From a virus, in IMG/VR virus record IMGVR_UViG_3300035034_000432: a stretch of 58,456 nt of DNA; one strand, given 5' to 3'. Position numbers and translations under genes: made by a program. The first letter of the stretch is position 1; each line of letters opens with the position of its first letter. The notes beneath the pieces are model-generated. The model was not told where the DNA came from. It saw only the letters and a list, made by a program, of their open reading frames with translations, and did not search any database. Shown piece by piece: positions 42,913-50,604 of this stretch.

Positions 42913-43056
42913 TATTGCAGCCATGGTAAGGGGAAACGCTACACCGACCACGATACCAAACAGGGCAAGGCGGTGTTCCTTGCGCCTGTTCATATTCCAG
43001 CGCAAGCTGGTGACCGAATCCGGTCTGGTGTCGCGGTGAAACTTATGTTTTTCCAT
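42892..43056 (-). CDS. small single-pass membrane protein (putative moron)
   Basis: The ORF track gives 42892-43095. ATG 43056 follows AAGGAT. The 54-aa product has a basic N-terminus and the TM segment LALFGIVVGVAFPLTMAAISIFLL. It overlaps the giant gene's 3' end by 21 nt in convergent orientation. No clear promoter was seen. Confidence 0.3.
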   Translation of the reverse strand: MEKHKFHRDTRPDSVTSLRWNMNRRKEHRLALFGIVVGVAFPLTMAAISIFLLR

Positions 43057-43170
43057 GTGAGATCCTTGGTCAAGGCTTAGAAGATCAACATACACCGGTT
43101 TTCATTAACCGGCATAACAGAGGGCAGCCGGTATCAAACGCTGCACACTGAAACCTAGAAGGGAAAACCA

Positions 43171-43596
43171 ATGCGTAAATCAGTTTTTTATGTCTCGCTC
43201 ATGGCTATGGCCATGGTTCTATTCAGCGGCTGTTCTTTTGTCGAAGACAATCCAAACACCGCACGGCTGACGACCCAGTACGCCACAGTCAAGGTTATTG
43301 ACGGTGATTCTGCGCGCGCCGCACGTATCGTTGAAATTACCAGTCAGATCAAGCTGACGATTGCAGAAGATACGAGCGCCACCATTTCCGCACTGAATAC
43401 TTACGTGCGGGGTGAGATACGCTGGGAGAAGCTGACACCGGAAGACACAATCCTAATTGATGCCGTTTTATTGAATGCCGTGGCACGACTGGAAGAAGAG
43501 GTGAGCGCCGGATTACTGGACCCTGACCAACGCATCCAGCTGACCACGTTTTTAACTTGGATTGAAGAAGTAGCTGCGCGCTACCAGGAGGCATAA
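43171..43596 (+). CDS. lipoprotein (putative)
   Basis: Signal peptide with lipobox: MRKSVFYVSLMAMAMVLFSG|C. SD GAAGGGAAA. Confidence 0.65.
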   Translation: MRKSVFYVSLMAMAMVLFSGCSFVEDNPNTARLTTQYATVKVIDGDSARAARIVEITSQIKLTIAEDTSATISALNTYVRGEIRWEKLTPEDTILIDAVLLNAVARLEEEVSAGLLDPDQRIQLTTFLTWIEEVAARYQEA

Positions 43597-43598
43597 AC

Positions 43599-43958
43599 GT
43601 GAAATACATTGCTGCATTTTTAATGATGATGTTCGCCGGCGGGGCTGCGGCTGAAATCCTAAGCTGGTCACCACCGACTACGCGGGAAGACGGCACACCA
43701 ATGGACCCTGCTACCGAGCTTGCGCCTTATGAGCTTATTTGTGGCGACAAGGTAACCAGCATTCCCGCCGCGGGGACCGGGGAACAGGAATTTGAAGTCA
43801 CAAAGTATCAAATATTGCCGGCCTACGGTGATACCGAGTGTTTCATGGTGGCCATTGATACCGATGGCTTGCGATCGACTGAAAGCAACAGGGTAACGAT
43901 TACCTGGCTGCAGTCTGCGCCGATGGCGCCAACCAACCTGATTATCATTAGGAACTGA
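43599..43958 (+). CDS. secreted protein with FN3-like domain (putative)
   Basis: GTG start 7 nt after CAGGAGG. Signal peptide VKYIAAFLMMMFAGGAAAE. LSWSPPTTREDGTPMDP...APYEL resembles the start of fibronectin-III-like domains. Confidence 0.5.
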   Translation: MKYIAAFLMMMFAGGAAAEILSWSPPTTREDGTPMDPATELAPYELICGDKVTSIPAAGTGEQEFEVTKYQILPAYGDTECFMVAIDTDGLRSTESNRVTITWLQSAPMAPTNLIIIRN

Positions 43959-43959
43959 A

Positions 43960-44568
43960 ATGACGGTCCACTTGCTGCACGGTTTTAATATTAGCGATGG
44001 TGGGGAAAACACCATCCGAAAGCTTGAGCCGTACATCGGTGGTGACGAAAAGGCTTACGACTTCGGGTGGACCGGCGTTATTGGCCTACGCTGCGCGAAC
44101 AAAAAGGCGGTTAGGCATATAGCGCCAAACCTGCAACCAGGTGATGTTCTAATCGGCCACAGTAACGGCGCATTGATTTGCTGGACACTGGCGATTGAAC
44201 ACCACCAGAAACTGGCCGGTATCATTTTGATTAACCCGGCGCTGCGCAAGGATACCGTATGGCCAGAAGGGCTTAGGGTTTTGTGCATACATAACAAAAC
44301 CGACTGGGTAGTTCAGTTGGGTCGCATGTGGTCAAGACTGGTATCCCTGGGCGGGCTGAATTTTCACGGCTGGGGTGCCGCTGGGCGCGTAGGGTTTACC
44401 GCTAGACAGCCGCTGGTGACAAACTGGGACAGTGCAACCGGTATGATTTGTGATCCAGTCAAGGGGCATAGCGGGCTGTTCAGGCTCCCCCAACTCGAAA
44501 GCTGGGGAAGGATGATTAACAAGATGGCTTGGACCTACAAAAAGCTTTACCAGAACGGCAGCGATTAG
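43960..44568 (+). CDS. alpha/beta-fold serine hydrolase (putative esterase), no signal peptide
   Basis: VHLLHGF (oxyanion HG), VLIGHSNGA (GxSxG nucleophile elbow), NKTDWVV (candidate acid), VKGHSGLF (candidate His). All are in the canonical order for the fold. Confidence 0.65.
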   Translation: MTVHLLHGFNISDGGENTIRKLEPYIGGDEKAYDFGWTGVIGLRCANKKAVRHIAPNLQPGDVLIGHSNGALICWTLAIEHHQKLAGIILINPALRKDTVWPEGLRVLCIHNKTDWVVQLGRMWSRLVSLGGLNFHGWGAAGRVGFTARQPLVTNWDSATGMICDPVKGHSGLFRLPQLESWGRMINKMAWTYKKLYQNGSD

Positions 44569-44570
44569 CG

Positions 44571-45644
44571 TCAGTAGGTCAGGCTAACGTTTGGGATCTG
44601 TTTGCGAATAATTGCTTCAACCACGGCCTGGGCCTGATTCTGAGTCAGATCAGTCGCTTCAACGAATGCTTTAAGGGCAGCGCGGTTAACCGTTTGACGG
44701 TGCTTCACGTCATTAACCCTTTTCTGTTCCTGCTCTTCGGCCAGCATCCTGTTAAATTCTGCTACGTCTATGCGCTCTTGTTCGGCCTGTGCTTCACGCT
44801 GCGCAATACGGACCCGCTCATTTTCCTTCGCCTGATACTCTTCTTCCTTCGCAGCAGCGGCACGTTTGTATTCTTCTCGTTCGCGCTGCGCAGCATTTTC
44901 TCTTTCAGCTGTTTTGGCGGCAAACTTTTCTCGTTCTTCTCGCTGTGTACGCTCTACCGCTTCTTGCTGCAACCGCGCCTCACGTTCAATTCGGTCCTTG
45001 GCATCCTGTTCGGCTTGGTCTTTGGCAGCCTGGGCCTTCACTTCTTCTTCTTTGCGGGCGGCATCTGCCTGTGCCTGAACACCAGCCAACAAGGTTTTGA
45101 GCGTTTTGCAGGCATACGCCCATTGCACCTGGGCCTTTTCTTCAAATTCTTCAAACTCTTCACCCAGTTCCATGGCGTAGAGCGCGTCGAATCGCTCCTG
45201 TAGTTCGACAGCAGTGTAGAAATGGCCGCTCTGGTCTTGGGGCTGGGCCAGTGTGCGGAAATGTTCAATCTTGGCCAGGATGGCTTCAACCCGCTTCTGT
45301 TCGCCATGTTCAAACTGGGTAACCGGTTCCATCACGTCAGTTTTCAGCAGATCCATGGCGTCACGCCAATATTTTCGGCAATCATCGGTCACCTTGGCCT
45401 TGGCTTTGATTTCGGCAACGTGTGACTTCCCAAGATTGTCCAGTGTGGTTTTGCTGCGCGCGACCTTGTAAGCAAGGCTCTTTATTTCCGCGCGGCCTTT
45501 TTCACTACTGGCGTCAGGTACCAGGCTCATTACTTCTTTTCGTATATCCGAGGCCAGCTTCTCAATTTTCTTTTGCTCAAAAACTGCAGGCGTTAATGTT
45601 TCAACAATTTGCAGACTTTTGATTTCTTCTTTTGTGTCGCTCAT
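44571..45644 (-). CDS. coiled-coil protein of the recombination module (DUF1351-like?)
   Basis: 357 aa with a long E/K/A/Q-rich helical segment, last gene of the leftward operon. The family assignment is from memory and tentative. Confidence 0.4.
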   Translation of the reverse strand: MSDTKEEIKSLQIVETLTPAVFEQKKIEKLASDIRKEVMSLVPDASSEKGRAEIKSLAYKVARSKTTLDNLGKSHVAEIKAKAKVTDDCRKYWRDAMDLLKTDVMEPVTQFEHGEQKRVEAILAKIEHFRTLAQPQDQSGHFYTAVELQERFDALYAMELGEEFEEFEEKAQVQWAYACKTLKTLLAGVQAQADAARKEEEVKAQAAKDQAEQDAKDRIEREARLQQEAVERTQREEREKFAAKTAERENAAQREREEYKRAAAAKEEEYQAKENERVRIAQREAQAEQERIDVAEFNRMLAEEQEQKRVNDVKHRQTVNRAALKAFVEATDLTQNQAQAVVEAIIRKQIPNVSLTY

Positions 45645-45853
45645 TTTCGCGTCCTTTTTGACTCAAACTCTTCAACGTCAGTTTTCATAAACTTTATAGG
45701 CCGCTTGCTCAACAGTTCAGCAACCGGTGGATAAAGCCGCGGGCTTTTCTTGCGTAGACGGCTAAACCAGCCCTTGGAAGAGAAACCGAGCCGATGGGCC
45801 AGTTCCTCTTCCGTTATCCACGCCCTTTCCTCAATCGGGGGCATGCTTTTCAT
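45641..45853 (-). CDS. small HTH DNA-binding protein (putative)
   Basis: WITEEELAHRLGFSSKGWFSRLRKK is HTH-like. The start was moved to an internal Met (ORF track gives 45880) to limit overlap with the ERF gene. Confidence 0.45.
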   Translation of the reverse strand: MKSMPPIEERAWITEEELAHRLGFSSKGWFSRLRKKSPRLYPPVAELLSKRPIKFMKTDVEEFESKRTRK

Positions 45854-46649
45854 TGCTTTCACCTTGGTCAAGCATGGCATCCAGGCGGCTAGAATTACCC
45901 GGGTTTTTACGTATCCGAGCTTTCATTTCACCCATGCGCAATTCGTAATCACACGCCGGCATCTTAGCCAGATCGCCGTATTGCTGAATAATCCATTTCT
46001 GCACGTTATCTGGCACTTGGGTAAACACATAGGCCAATGATTGCAGCTGTTCCACGCTGACAGGGCCGCTTTGGCAGTCGTCGTCTTCGTCATCAAATAT
46101 CAGGTTAAGCAATGCGCTCATGGTGTATCGCTTGGCGTAGCTGACAGATGATGCAATAGCCTGCGGTCCACTTTTTCCGCCACCGCCATCTGGCGGAAGA
46201 GTCATTTGGGTAGATTCCCGGTGGCCGGCCTTGTGCGCAAGATTTGCTGTGACGGTAATTTCGTTATTTTCCTGAGTCACACCAAACGTCATTGAAAAGC
46301 CATACTTTGAAAGAATGGGTTTTACCTTTTTGTTGATATCTTCAAACTTGGCGTAGGTGCTGCGAACGGTCTTTTCATCCTTGTTCATGATTACACCGGC
46401 TTTTGTAATTACCGGCAGTTTTGGCTGCATCTTAGACATGGCCATATCAAATTCTTGGCGCGTTTGCCTGTCTAAAATTCGCTCCTGCATATCCAACAGC
46501 TTTTCCATTTTCACAACGTCAACGTCAGGGTTCATGGCGACACGTTCAATCACCTGAATCATTTGGCTGACAGTATTGTGATGTTCGTCACGCGCAGCCA
46601 GGGCAGTGTTTCGACTAACTGCCAAGGCTTGTTCTTTGTTTTCGTCCAC
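45831..46649 (-). CDS. erf: ERF-family single-strand annealing protein
   Basis: ...YAKFEDI...VKPILSKYGFSM.......ITVTANLAHKAGH...T.MTLPPDGGGGKSGPQAIASSVSYAKRYTMSALLNLIFDDEDDD parallels P22 Erf as I remember it (...tGATSSYARKYCLNGLFGIDDAKDAD). Confidence 0.72.
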   Translation of the reverse strand: MDENKEQALAVSRNTALAARDEHHNTVSQMIQVIERVAMNPDVDVVKMEKLLDMQERILDRQTRQEFDMAMSKMQPKLPVITKAGVIMNKDEKTVRSTYAKFEDINKKVKPILSKYGFSMTFGVTQENNEITVTANLAHKAGHRESTQMTLPPDGGGGKSGPQAIASSVSYAKRYTMSALLNLIFDDEDDDCQSGPVSVEQLQSLAYVFTQVPDNVQKWIIQQYGDLAKMPACDYELRMGEMKARIRKNPGNSSRLDAMLDQGESNEKHAPD

Positions 46650-46650
46650 G

Positions 46651-47751
46651 CTATTTCCCCTTCTTCGGCTTAGGCTGTGTCACGCGCGGGCTGCGGAAAG
46701 CGCTTCGTTCGCCCACTTTCTTGCCAATCATGGTTTCGTCAACCAACGTGCCAGGGTTCGCCTTGCGCTCAAACTGGCTAATGCGGATCGACACACTGCC
46801 CGAGCGAACACCAATACGGTCACCAATATCCTCGTCAGTCAGTACGCGACCAGGATTAGCGTCAACCTTCTTGGCATTGACGTTCATCGGACCCACGGTG
46901 ACTTTGCGGTTTGTGCCAATGATGGTCAGGATTTCAGCCTTGATGGCTTTCTGGCTGGCCTCGGCGTCACGCTTTTCTTTGCCAACTGCCATTTCTTCAA
47001 CGCACAGCTGGGCCAAGTATTCGTTGTCGCTCATATCCACTTCTTGGCCATCGTCGTCCAGCAGCAGCTGGCCAATGGTGGCGGCGTCGACATTAAAATC
47101 TGGCTCTGGCGGAGTAAGGTTGTCGACACGGTGCCAAAAGGCAGCACATTTTTTGATGATTGCTTCGTGGGCCTTGTCGCTCTTCACACGGTACGTTGGA
47201 TGCGGAGTATTGCCATTGACCAGGGGCGCAATGATCGACCACTGCAGGCCAGATACGAGCAGCTGGTGCTGTACCTGAAACTCAATGTGCGGCGGCGCTT
47301 CGATATCGGCGCCATCATCCGACCAGGTTTTACGGAATATGAAGCCATCAACGTTCTTCACTTCAAGGATGCCTTCGCCAAACTGACGGAATAGGTCGCG
47401 GTAGGTTTCGTCACCATCAAAGCCGGCAGTGATGCCCACAACCTTGTAATCAAAGCTGGACCCAATGCGCTCTACAGGAAGCTGCATGTACACCTTGAAA
47501 GGCTCCACAACCAGTCCGTAGTCCTCGGCCACACCCTCGGCAATGGCAGCCTCAAGCCGGTTCCCCCACTTCATCCGTTCGTTCGCTTCAAAGCCGTCAC
47601 CAATCTGACCCGTTTTTAGGTGGTACAGACTAAATTCAGTCACGTAGGGCGAGGCGCCGAACAAAGCGGAGGTTTCCGTACTGTTCAAATTTGCTTTGCG
47701 CATGCCCAACCATTCGGCTTCGGTCTGAAACTCTAAAATCTGCCTTTCCAT
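46651..47751 (-). CDS. YqaJ/lambda-Exo-type recombination exonuclease with C-terminal extension
   Basis: QTEAEWLGMRKANLNSTETSALFGASPYVTEFSLYHLKTGQI is the YqaJ N-terminal signature. SD AGAGGA. The C-terminal tail is basic. Confidence 0.72.
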   Translation of the reverse strand: MERQILEFQTEAEWLGMRKANLNSTETSALFGASPYVTEFSLYHLKTGQIGDGFEANERMKWGNRLEAAIAEGVAEDYGLVVEPFKVYMQLPVERIGSSFDYKVVGITAGFDGDETYRDLFRQFGEGILEVKNVDGFIFRKTWSDDGADIEAPPHIEFQVQHQLLVSGLQWSIIAPLVNGNTPHPTYRVKSDKAHEAIIKKCAAFWHRVDNLTPPEPDFNVDAATIGQLLLDDDGQEVDMSDNEYLAQLCVEEMAVGKEKRDAEASQKAIKAEILTIIGTNRKVTVGPMNVNAKKVDANPGRVLTDEDIGDRIGVRSGSVSIRISQFERKANPGTLVDETMIGKKVGERSAFRSPRVTQPKPKKGK

Positions 47752-47925
47752 AACATTTCCTCTTTTTTGATAGTGTCGCCTAATGACGAACTAACGCAAG
47801 TATGGTTACAGTTTTGCGCAAGATCAAGCGCTATTGAAAACTAAAGTTATTGTTTAACCTGTTCCGTTGTTGCAAAACAATGTAAATTGTATCAGTTACC
47901 GATAAACAGGAAAGGAGTCAGTAAA
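47752..47925. promoter_or_regulatory. divergent early control region
   Basis: 174-bp gap between divergent operons. Leftward candidate promoter: TTGATC (47827-47822), 17-nt spacer, CATACT (47804-47799). The perfect palindrome TTGCGCAA (47814-47821) sits inside that spacer. Rightward candidate (weak): TTGTTG (47867-47872), 17-nt spacer, TATCAG. A 7-bp inverted repeat ATTGTTT/AAACAAT lies at 47849-47855 and 47875-47881. Confidence 0.4.
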
Positions 47926-48267
47926 ATGGCTGTAAAAGTTAAAGCTAAAGCGCCTGTGACCAGTTATTTGCAGCTGACACCAGGCGTAACTCGCAGATTG
48001 CGCAACCAGCTTGGCATGAGCCAATCAGCATTTTGGGGGGAGCTTGGCATTAGCCTGCAGCGGGGCAACAGCTTTGAAACTCGCAAGACGGCCAGCAGCA
48101 ATCACCTGTTCCAGTTGGCGGTATTCGTTCGCTATGTCATGGGCGTACCGCTGGAAGATGGGCTTCAGTTGTTGGAATTGAGTCGACACGCCAGATTTGG
48201 GCGCGCGGCAGCAGACGTTATCAACCAGGCAGTAAATCTAGGAGAAAATGTATGTCACGCGGAGTAA
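47926..48267 (+). CDS. HTH transcriptional regulator (putative, Cro/XRE-like)
   Basis: ATG 47926 lies 8 nt after AAAGGAG (the ORF track uses TTG 47887). [27 protein letters not shown] is HTH-like. First gene of the rightward operon. Confidence 0.5.
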   Translation: MAVKVKAKAPVTSYLQLTPGVTRRLRNQLGMSQSAFWGELGISLQRGNSFETRKTASSNHLFQLAVFVRYVMGVPLEDGLQLLELSRHARFGRAAADVINQAVNLGENVCHAE

Positions 48268-48977
48268 ACAAGGTAATCATCATCGGCAACCTGGGGCAAG
48301 ATCCAGATGTGCGTTATACGCCGAACGGCAACGCCGTGGCCAACATCAGCGTAGCCACAGATGAAAGCTACAAAGACAAAAACACAGGCCAGACGGTCCC
48401 AAAGACTGAATGGCACAAGGTTGTGATATTCGGAAAGCTGGCGGAAATTATCGGCCAATACCTGCGCAAAGGCTCCAAGGTATATCTGGAAGGCAAGCTG
48501 CAGACGCGAAAATGGCAGAACCAATCCGGCAATGATGTTTACACCACTGAAATTGTGGTCGCTGTAGATGGGCAGCTGGTCATGCTCGACGGCAAACCGC
48601 AAGACGAGCAGCAGGGCCAGCAGCAAAACAACCAACAAAACGGTCAGCAAAACGGAAATCAGCGCCCACAGCAGCAGCCAAACAACCAGCGACAGCAGCA
48701 GCAAATGCCGCAGAACAACCAGCGACAGCAGCAGCAAATGCCGCAGAACAACCAGCAGATGCCGCCGGCGCAGCAGCAGAATAAACAGCAGGGCTACCAG
48801 CGGCAGCCGCACATGCAGGAGCAATACCCGAACACAACCCAGCAAAATAACCAGCAGCACCAGCGCGGGCAGACTCACGCTGAACAGCAGCAAGGTGGCC
48901 AGACTAATAACCAGGCACCGCCACCGAATGACGACTTCGACGACGACATACCTTTTAGTCGACCCAATCTTAGTTAA
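48252..48977 (+). CDS. ssb: single-stranded DNA-binding protein
   Basis: The N-terminal OB fold is classical SSB: [47 protein letters not shown]....[34 protein letters not shown]. The Q/N-rich linker is about 110 aa. An acidic DDDIPF tip is present but followed by 6 extra residues. Confidence 0.95.
   Translation: MSRGVNKVIIIGNLGQDPDVRYTPNGNAVANISVATDESYKDKNTGQTVPKTEWHKVVIFGKLAEIIGQYLRKGSKVYLEGKLQTRKWQNQSGNDVYTTEIVVAVDGQLVMLDGKPQDEQQGQQQNNQQNGQQNGNQRPQQQPNNQRQQQQMPQNNQRQQQQMPQNNQQMPPAQQQNKQQGYQRQPHMQEQYPNTTQQNNQQHQRGQTHAEQQQGGQTNNQAPPPNDDFDDDIPFSRPNLS
48681..48746 (+). repeat. 33-bp in-frame tandem repeat (2 full copies plus a partial third) in the SSB linker
   Basis: aacaaccagcgacagcagcagcaaatgccgcag occurs at 48681-48713 and 48714-48746, encoding [11 protein letters not shown] twice. 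Confidence 0.95.
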
Positions 48978-49043
48978 TGCCTAATCACTTGGGCATAAGG
49001 TTGGGATGATTAAACGTCATCACGGATAAGGGACAGGCTCGCA

Positions 49044-49628
49044 ATGAGTGAGAGAATCATAATGAGGCGGCGGGGCGATATGCTGGTACCCGCCGATGAA
49101 GCGTCAGCGGTGGCGCTTCGCGCGCTGCCAACAGATCAGATGATTGGCGTAGATACCGTGGTTGTTCGCAACTTCGAGAATCACAAGCGGGCCATGGCAC
49201 TGGTGAGGCTTTCGTTCGATTACTGGGAGCCAAAGAACTTTGTCAGCACGATAGAGCGCAAGACCGTGGGTAACCTGGGTAAATTCATGGTGAGCAACGG
49301 TGTCGACCGTGACGCAGCCAGGGCGCTGTGTAAAACCTACCTGCAGCACGTCAATGCAAACAGGCAGAACATGGCTGCCGAGCGCAGCTTTGAGTCGTTC
49401 AGAGAGTTTATAACGATTGAAGCCGGTTACTGCGACACAGTGTTAACGCCTGCAGGGCCGAAACGCATGGCCAGAAGCTGGGCCTACAAGAATATGACGG
49501 AGCAAAAATTCCAAGAAATGTACAAAGCGATATTTGCCGCTTGCTGGGATCTGGTGCTAAAGCAGACCTTCGACAGTGAATCGCACGTTGAGCAGGTGGT
49601 CATGGAATTAATCGGTTTCGACAGATAG
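49044..49628 (+). CDS. hypothetical protein (DUF1367/YbcN-like?)
   Basis: 194 aa. ...MLVPADE.....L..L...Q.I.VDTVVVRNFENHKRAMALVRLSF resembles the remembered pattern of nin-region DUF1367 proteins (..RN...H.kfFAl..l.f). It precedes a YbcO-like gene, as in lambdoid nin regions. Confidence 0.35.
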   Translation: MSERIIMRRRGDMLVPADEASAVALRALPTDQMIGVDTVVVRNFENHKRAMALVRLSFDYWEPKNFVSTIERKTVGNLGKFMVSNGVDRDAARALCKTYLQHVNANRQNMAAERSFESFREFITIEAGYCDTVLTPAGPKRMARSWAYKNMTEQKFQEMYKAIFAACWDLVLKQTFDSESHVEQVVMELIGFDR

Positions 49629-49637
49629 CGAGGGATC

Positions 49638-49943
49638 ATGGCGGTTAAAAGCAAAAAGATAACAGGCGCGGCGCGGGGACAGGATTGCACGTTGAACATT
49701 GTCGGCGCCTGCAACTATGACCCAGCGACAACCGTGTTTACTCATTTCCCTGACGAAAGCCACGGTATGGGAAGGAAGTCAGACGATGTATCAGGCGGTT
49801 TCGGCTGCGGCGCTTGTCACGATGTACTGGATGGCCGGCAACCCTGGCCGGAGGGCGAACAAGCGTATGAGCAATGGTACATGCGCCGGAGCCAGACCCG
49901 CACCACAAGGCTGCTAATTCAATCAGGGATACTGAAATTATGA
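49638..49943 (+). CDS. YbcO-like (DUF1364) putative nuclease
   Basis: AARGQDCTLNIVGACNYDPATTVFTHF......G.KSDD..GGFGCGACHDVLDGR parallels E. coli YbcO as I remember it (AARGRECQVRIPGVCSHNPETSVLAHI...ACSACHDEIDRR). Confidence 0.65.
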   Translation: MAVKSKKITGAARGQDCTLNIVGACNYDPATTVFTHFPDESHGMGRKSDDVSGGFGCGACHDVLDGRQPWPEGEQAYEQWYMRRSQTRTTRLLIQSGILKL

Positions 49944-50416
49944 AACTCTACGCAGCAATCGACCCTGGGCTAACCGGCGCAATCGCAATTGTGGACGACA
50001 AAGGCGAATACATTGGCCACGCCCACATGCCCACTGCAGTAGTGGGTACCAGCAAAGAGGTGAACGTACCCGCGGTGGTCCAGTTCCTGAGCAACCGACA
50101 CATTTCGCATTGCTTCATCGAAAAAGTGCAGGGCATGAACAAGAACGGCGTGAAGCAGGCGGCATCTGCAGCATTCAAGTTTGGTGACGCCTACGGCTCT
50201 GTGAAGGGCTGTGTAGGTGCTTTGCTAATACCCACCACCTACATAACCCCGCAAGTCTGGAAACGTCACGCTGGGATACTTGGCAAGGAGAAGGACGCAA
50301 GCCGCGGGCGATGCCTGCAGCTGTACCCGGGCATACCGGATCTGAACTTAAAGGGAAAAGGCCAGGCACTGGCAGACGCTTTACTGATTGCACGGTTTGG
50401 CCTGGGCCTGAAATAA
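49940..50416 (+). CDS. RuvC-like Holliday junction resolvase
   Basis: ATG 49940 overlaps the upstream stop (ATGA). The ORF track start 49874 lies inside the upstream gene. MKLYAAIDPGLTGAIAIVDDKGE... is the first catalytic Asp motif, and ...GQALADALLIARFG is the C-terminal Asp motif. Confidence 0.8.
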   Translation: MKLYAAIDPGLTGAIAIVDDKGEYIGHAHMPTAVVGTSKEVNVPAVVQFLSNRHISHCFIEKVQGMNKNGVKQAASAAFKFGDAYGSVKGCVGALLIPTTYITPQVWKRHAGILGKEKDASRGRCLQLYPGIPDLNLKGKGQALADALLIARFGLGLK

Positions 50417-50505
50417 AAACGGGCCACCGAAGCAGCCCGTAAAAGAGGAAATCACGCTGGCGGCAGGAGTAGATAACCGCCAGCGACAACCCACAATACA
50501 ATTCT

Positions 50506-50569
50506 GTGCCGGCACGGACAAACAAAGTTAGTGCCGGCATTTTGCGGCCCATCAATAATAGTCTACTAT
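50506..50569 (+). promoter_or_regulatory. paired palindromes (candidate operators) plus candidate promoter upstream of a small HTH gene
   Basis: GTGCCGGCAC at 50506-50515 is a perfect 10-bp palindrome. GTGCCGGCAT lies at 50531-50540, 25 bp centre to centre from the first. These are followed by TTGCGG (50542-50547), a 16-nt spacer, and TACTAT (50564-50569). Confidence 0.35.
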
Positions 50570-50604
50570 CAACCTGTGCAATAAATTTAGTGGAGAAACG
50601 TAAC

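Noticed and set aside
44529-45203. 224-aa plus-strand ORF, and other plus-strand ORFs, across 44.5-47.4 kb
   Set aside because: These are antisense to the ERF/YqaJ recombination operon, whose minus-strand products have clear family signatures. The plus-strand translations are low-complexity Phe/Leu/Ser-rich shadows.
48255-48893. 212-aa minus-strand ORF and two other ORFs overlapping ssb
   Set aside because: The Leu-rich translation is the CTG mirror of the CAG/CAA-rich SSB linker. The plus-strand frame carries a textbook SSB OB fold.
50419-50440. Hairpin after the resolvase gene as a rho-independent terminator
   Set aside because: The 6-bp stem is followed by AAAAGA on the plus strand, not a U-tract. 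The T-run would only follow it on the minus strand, where no upstream gene exists. It is reported only as part of a structured intergenic region.
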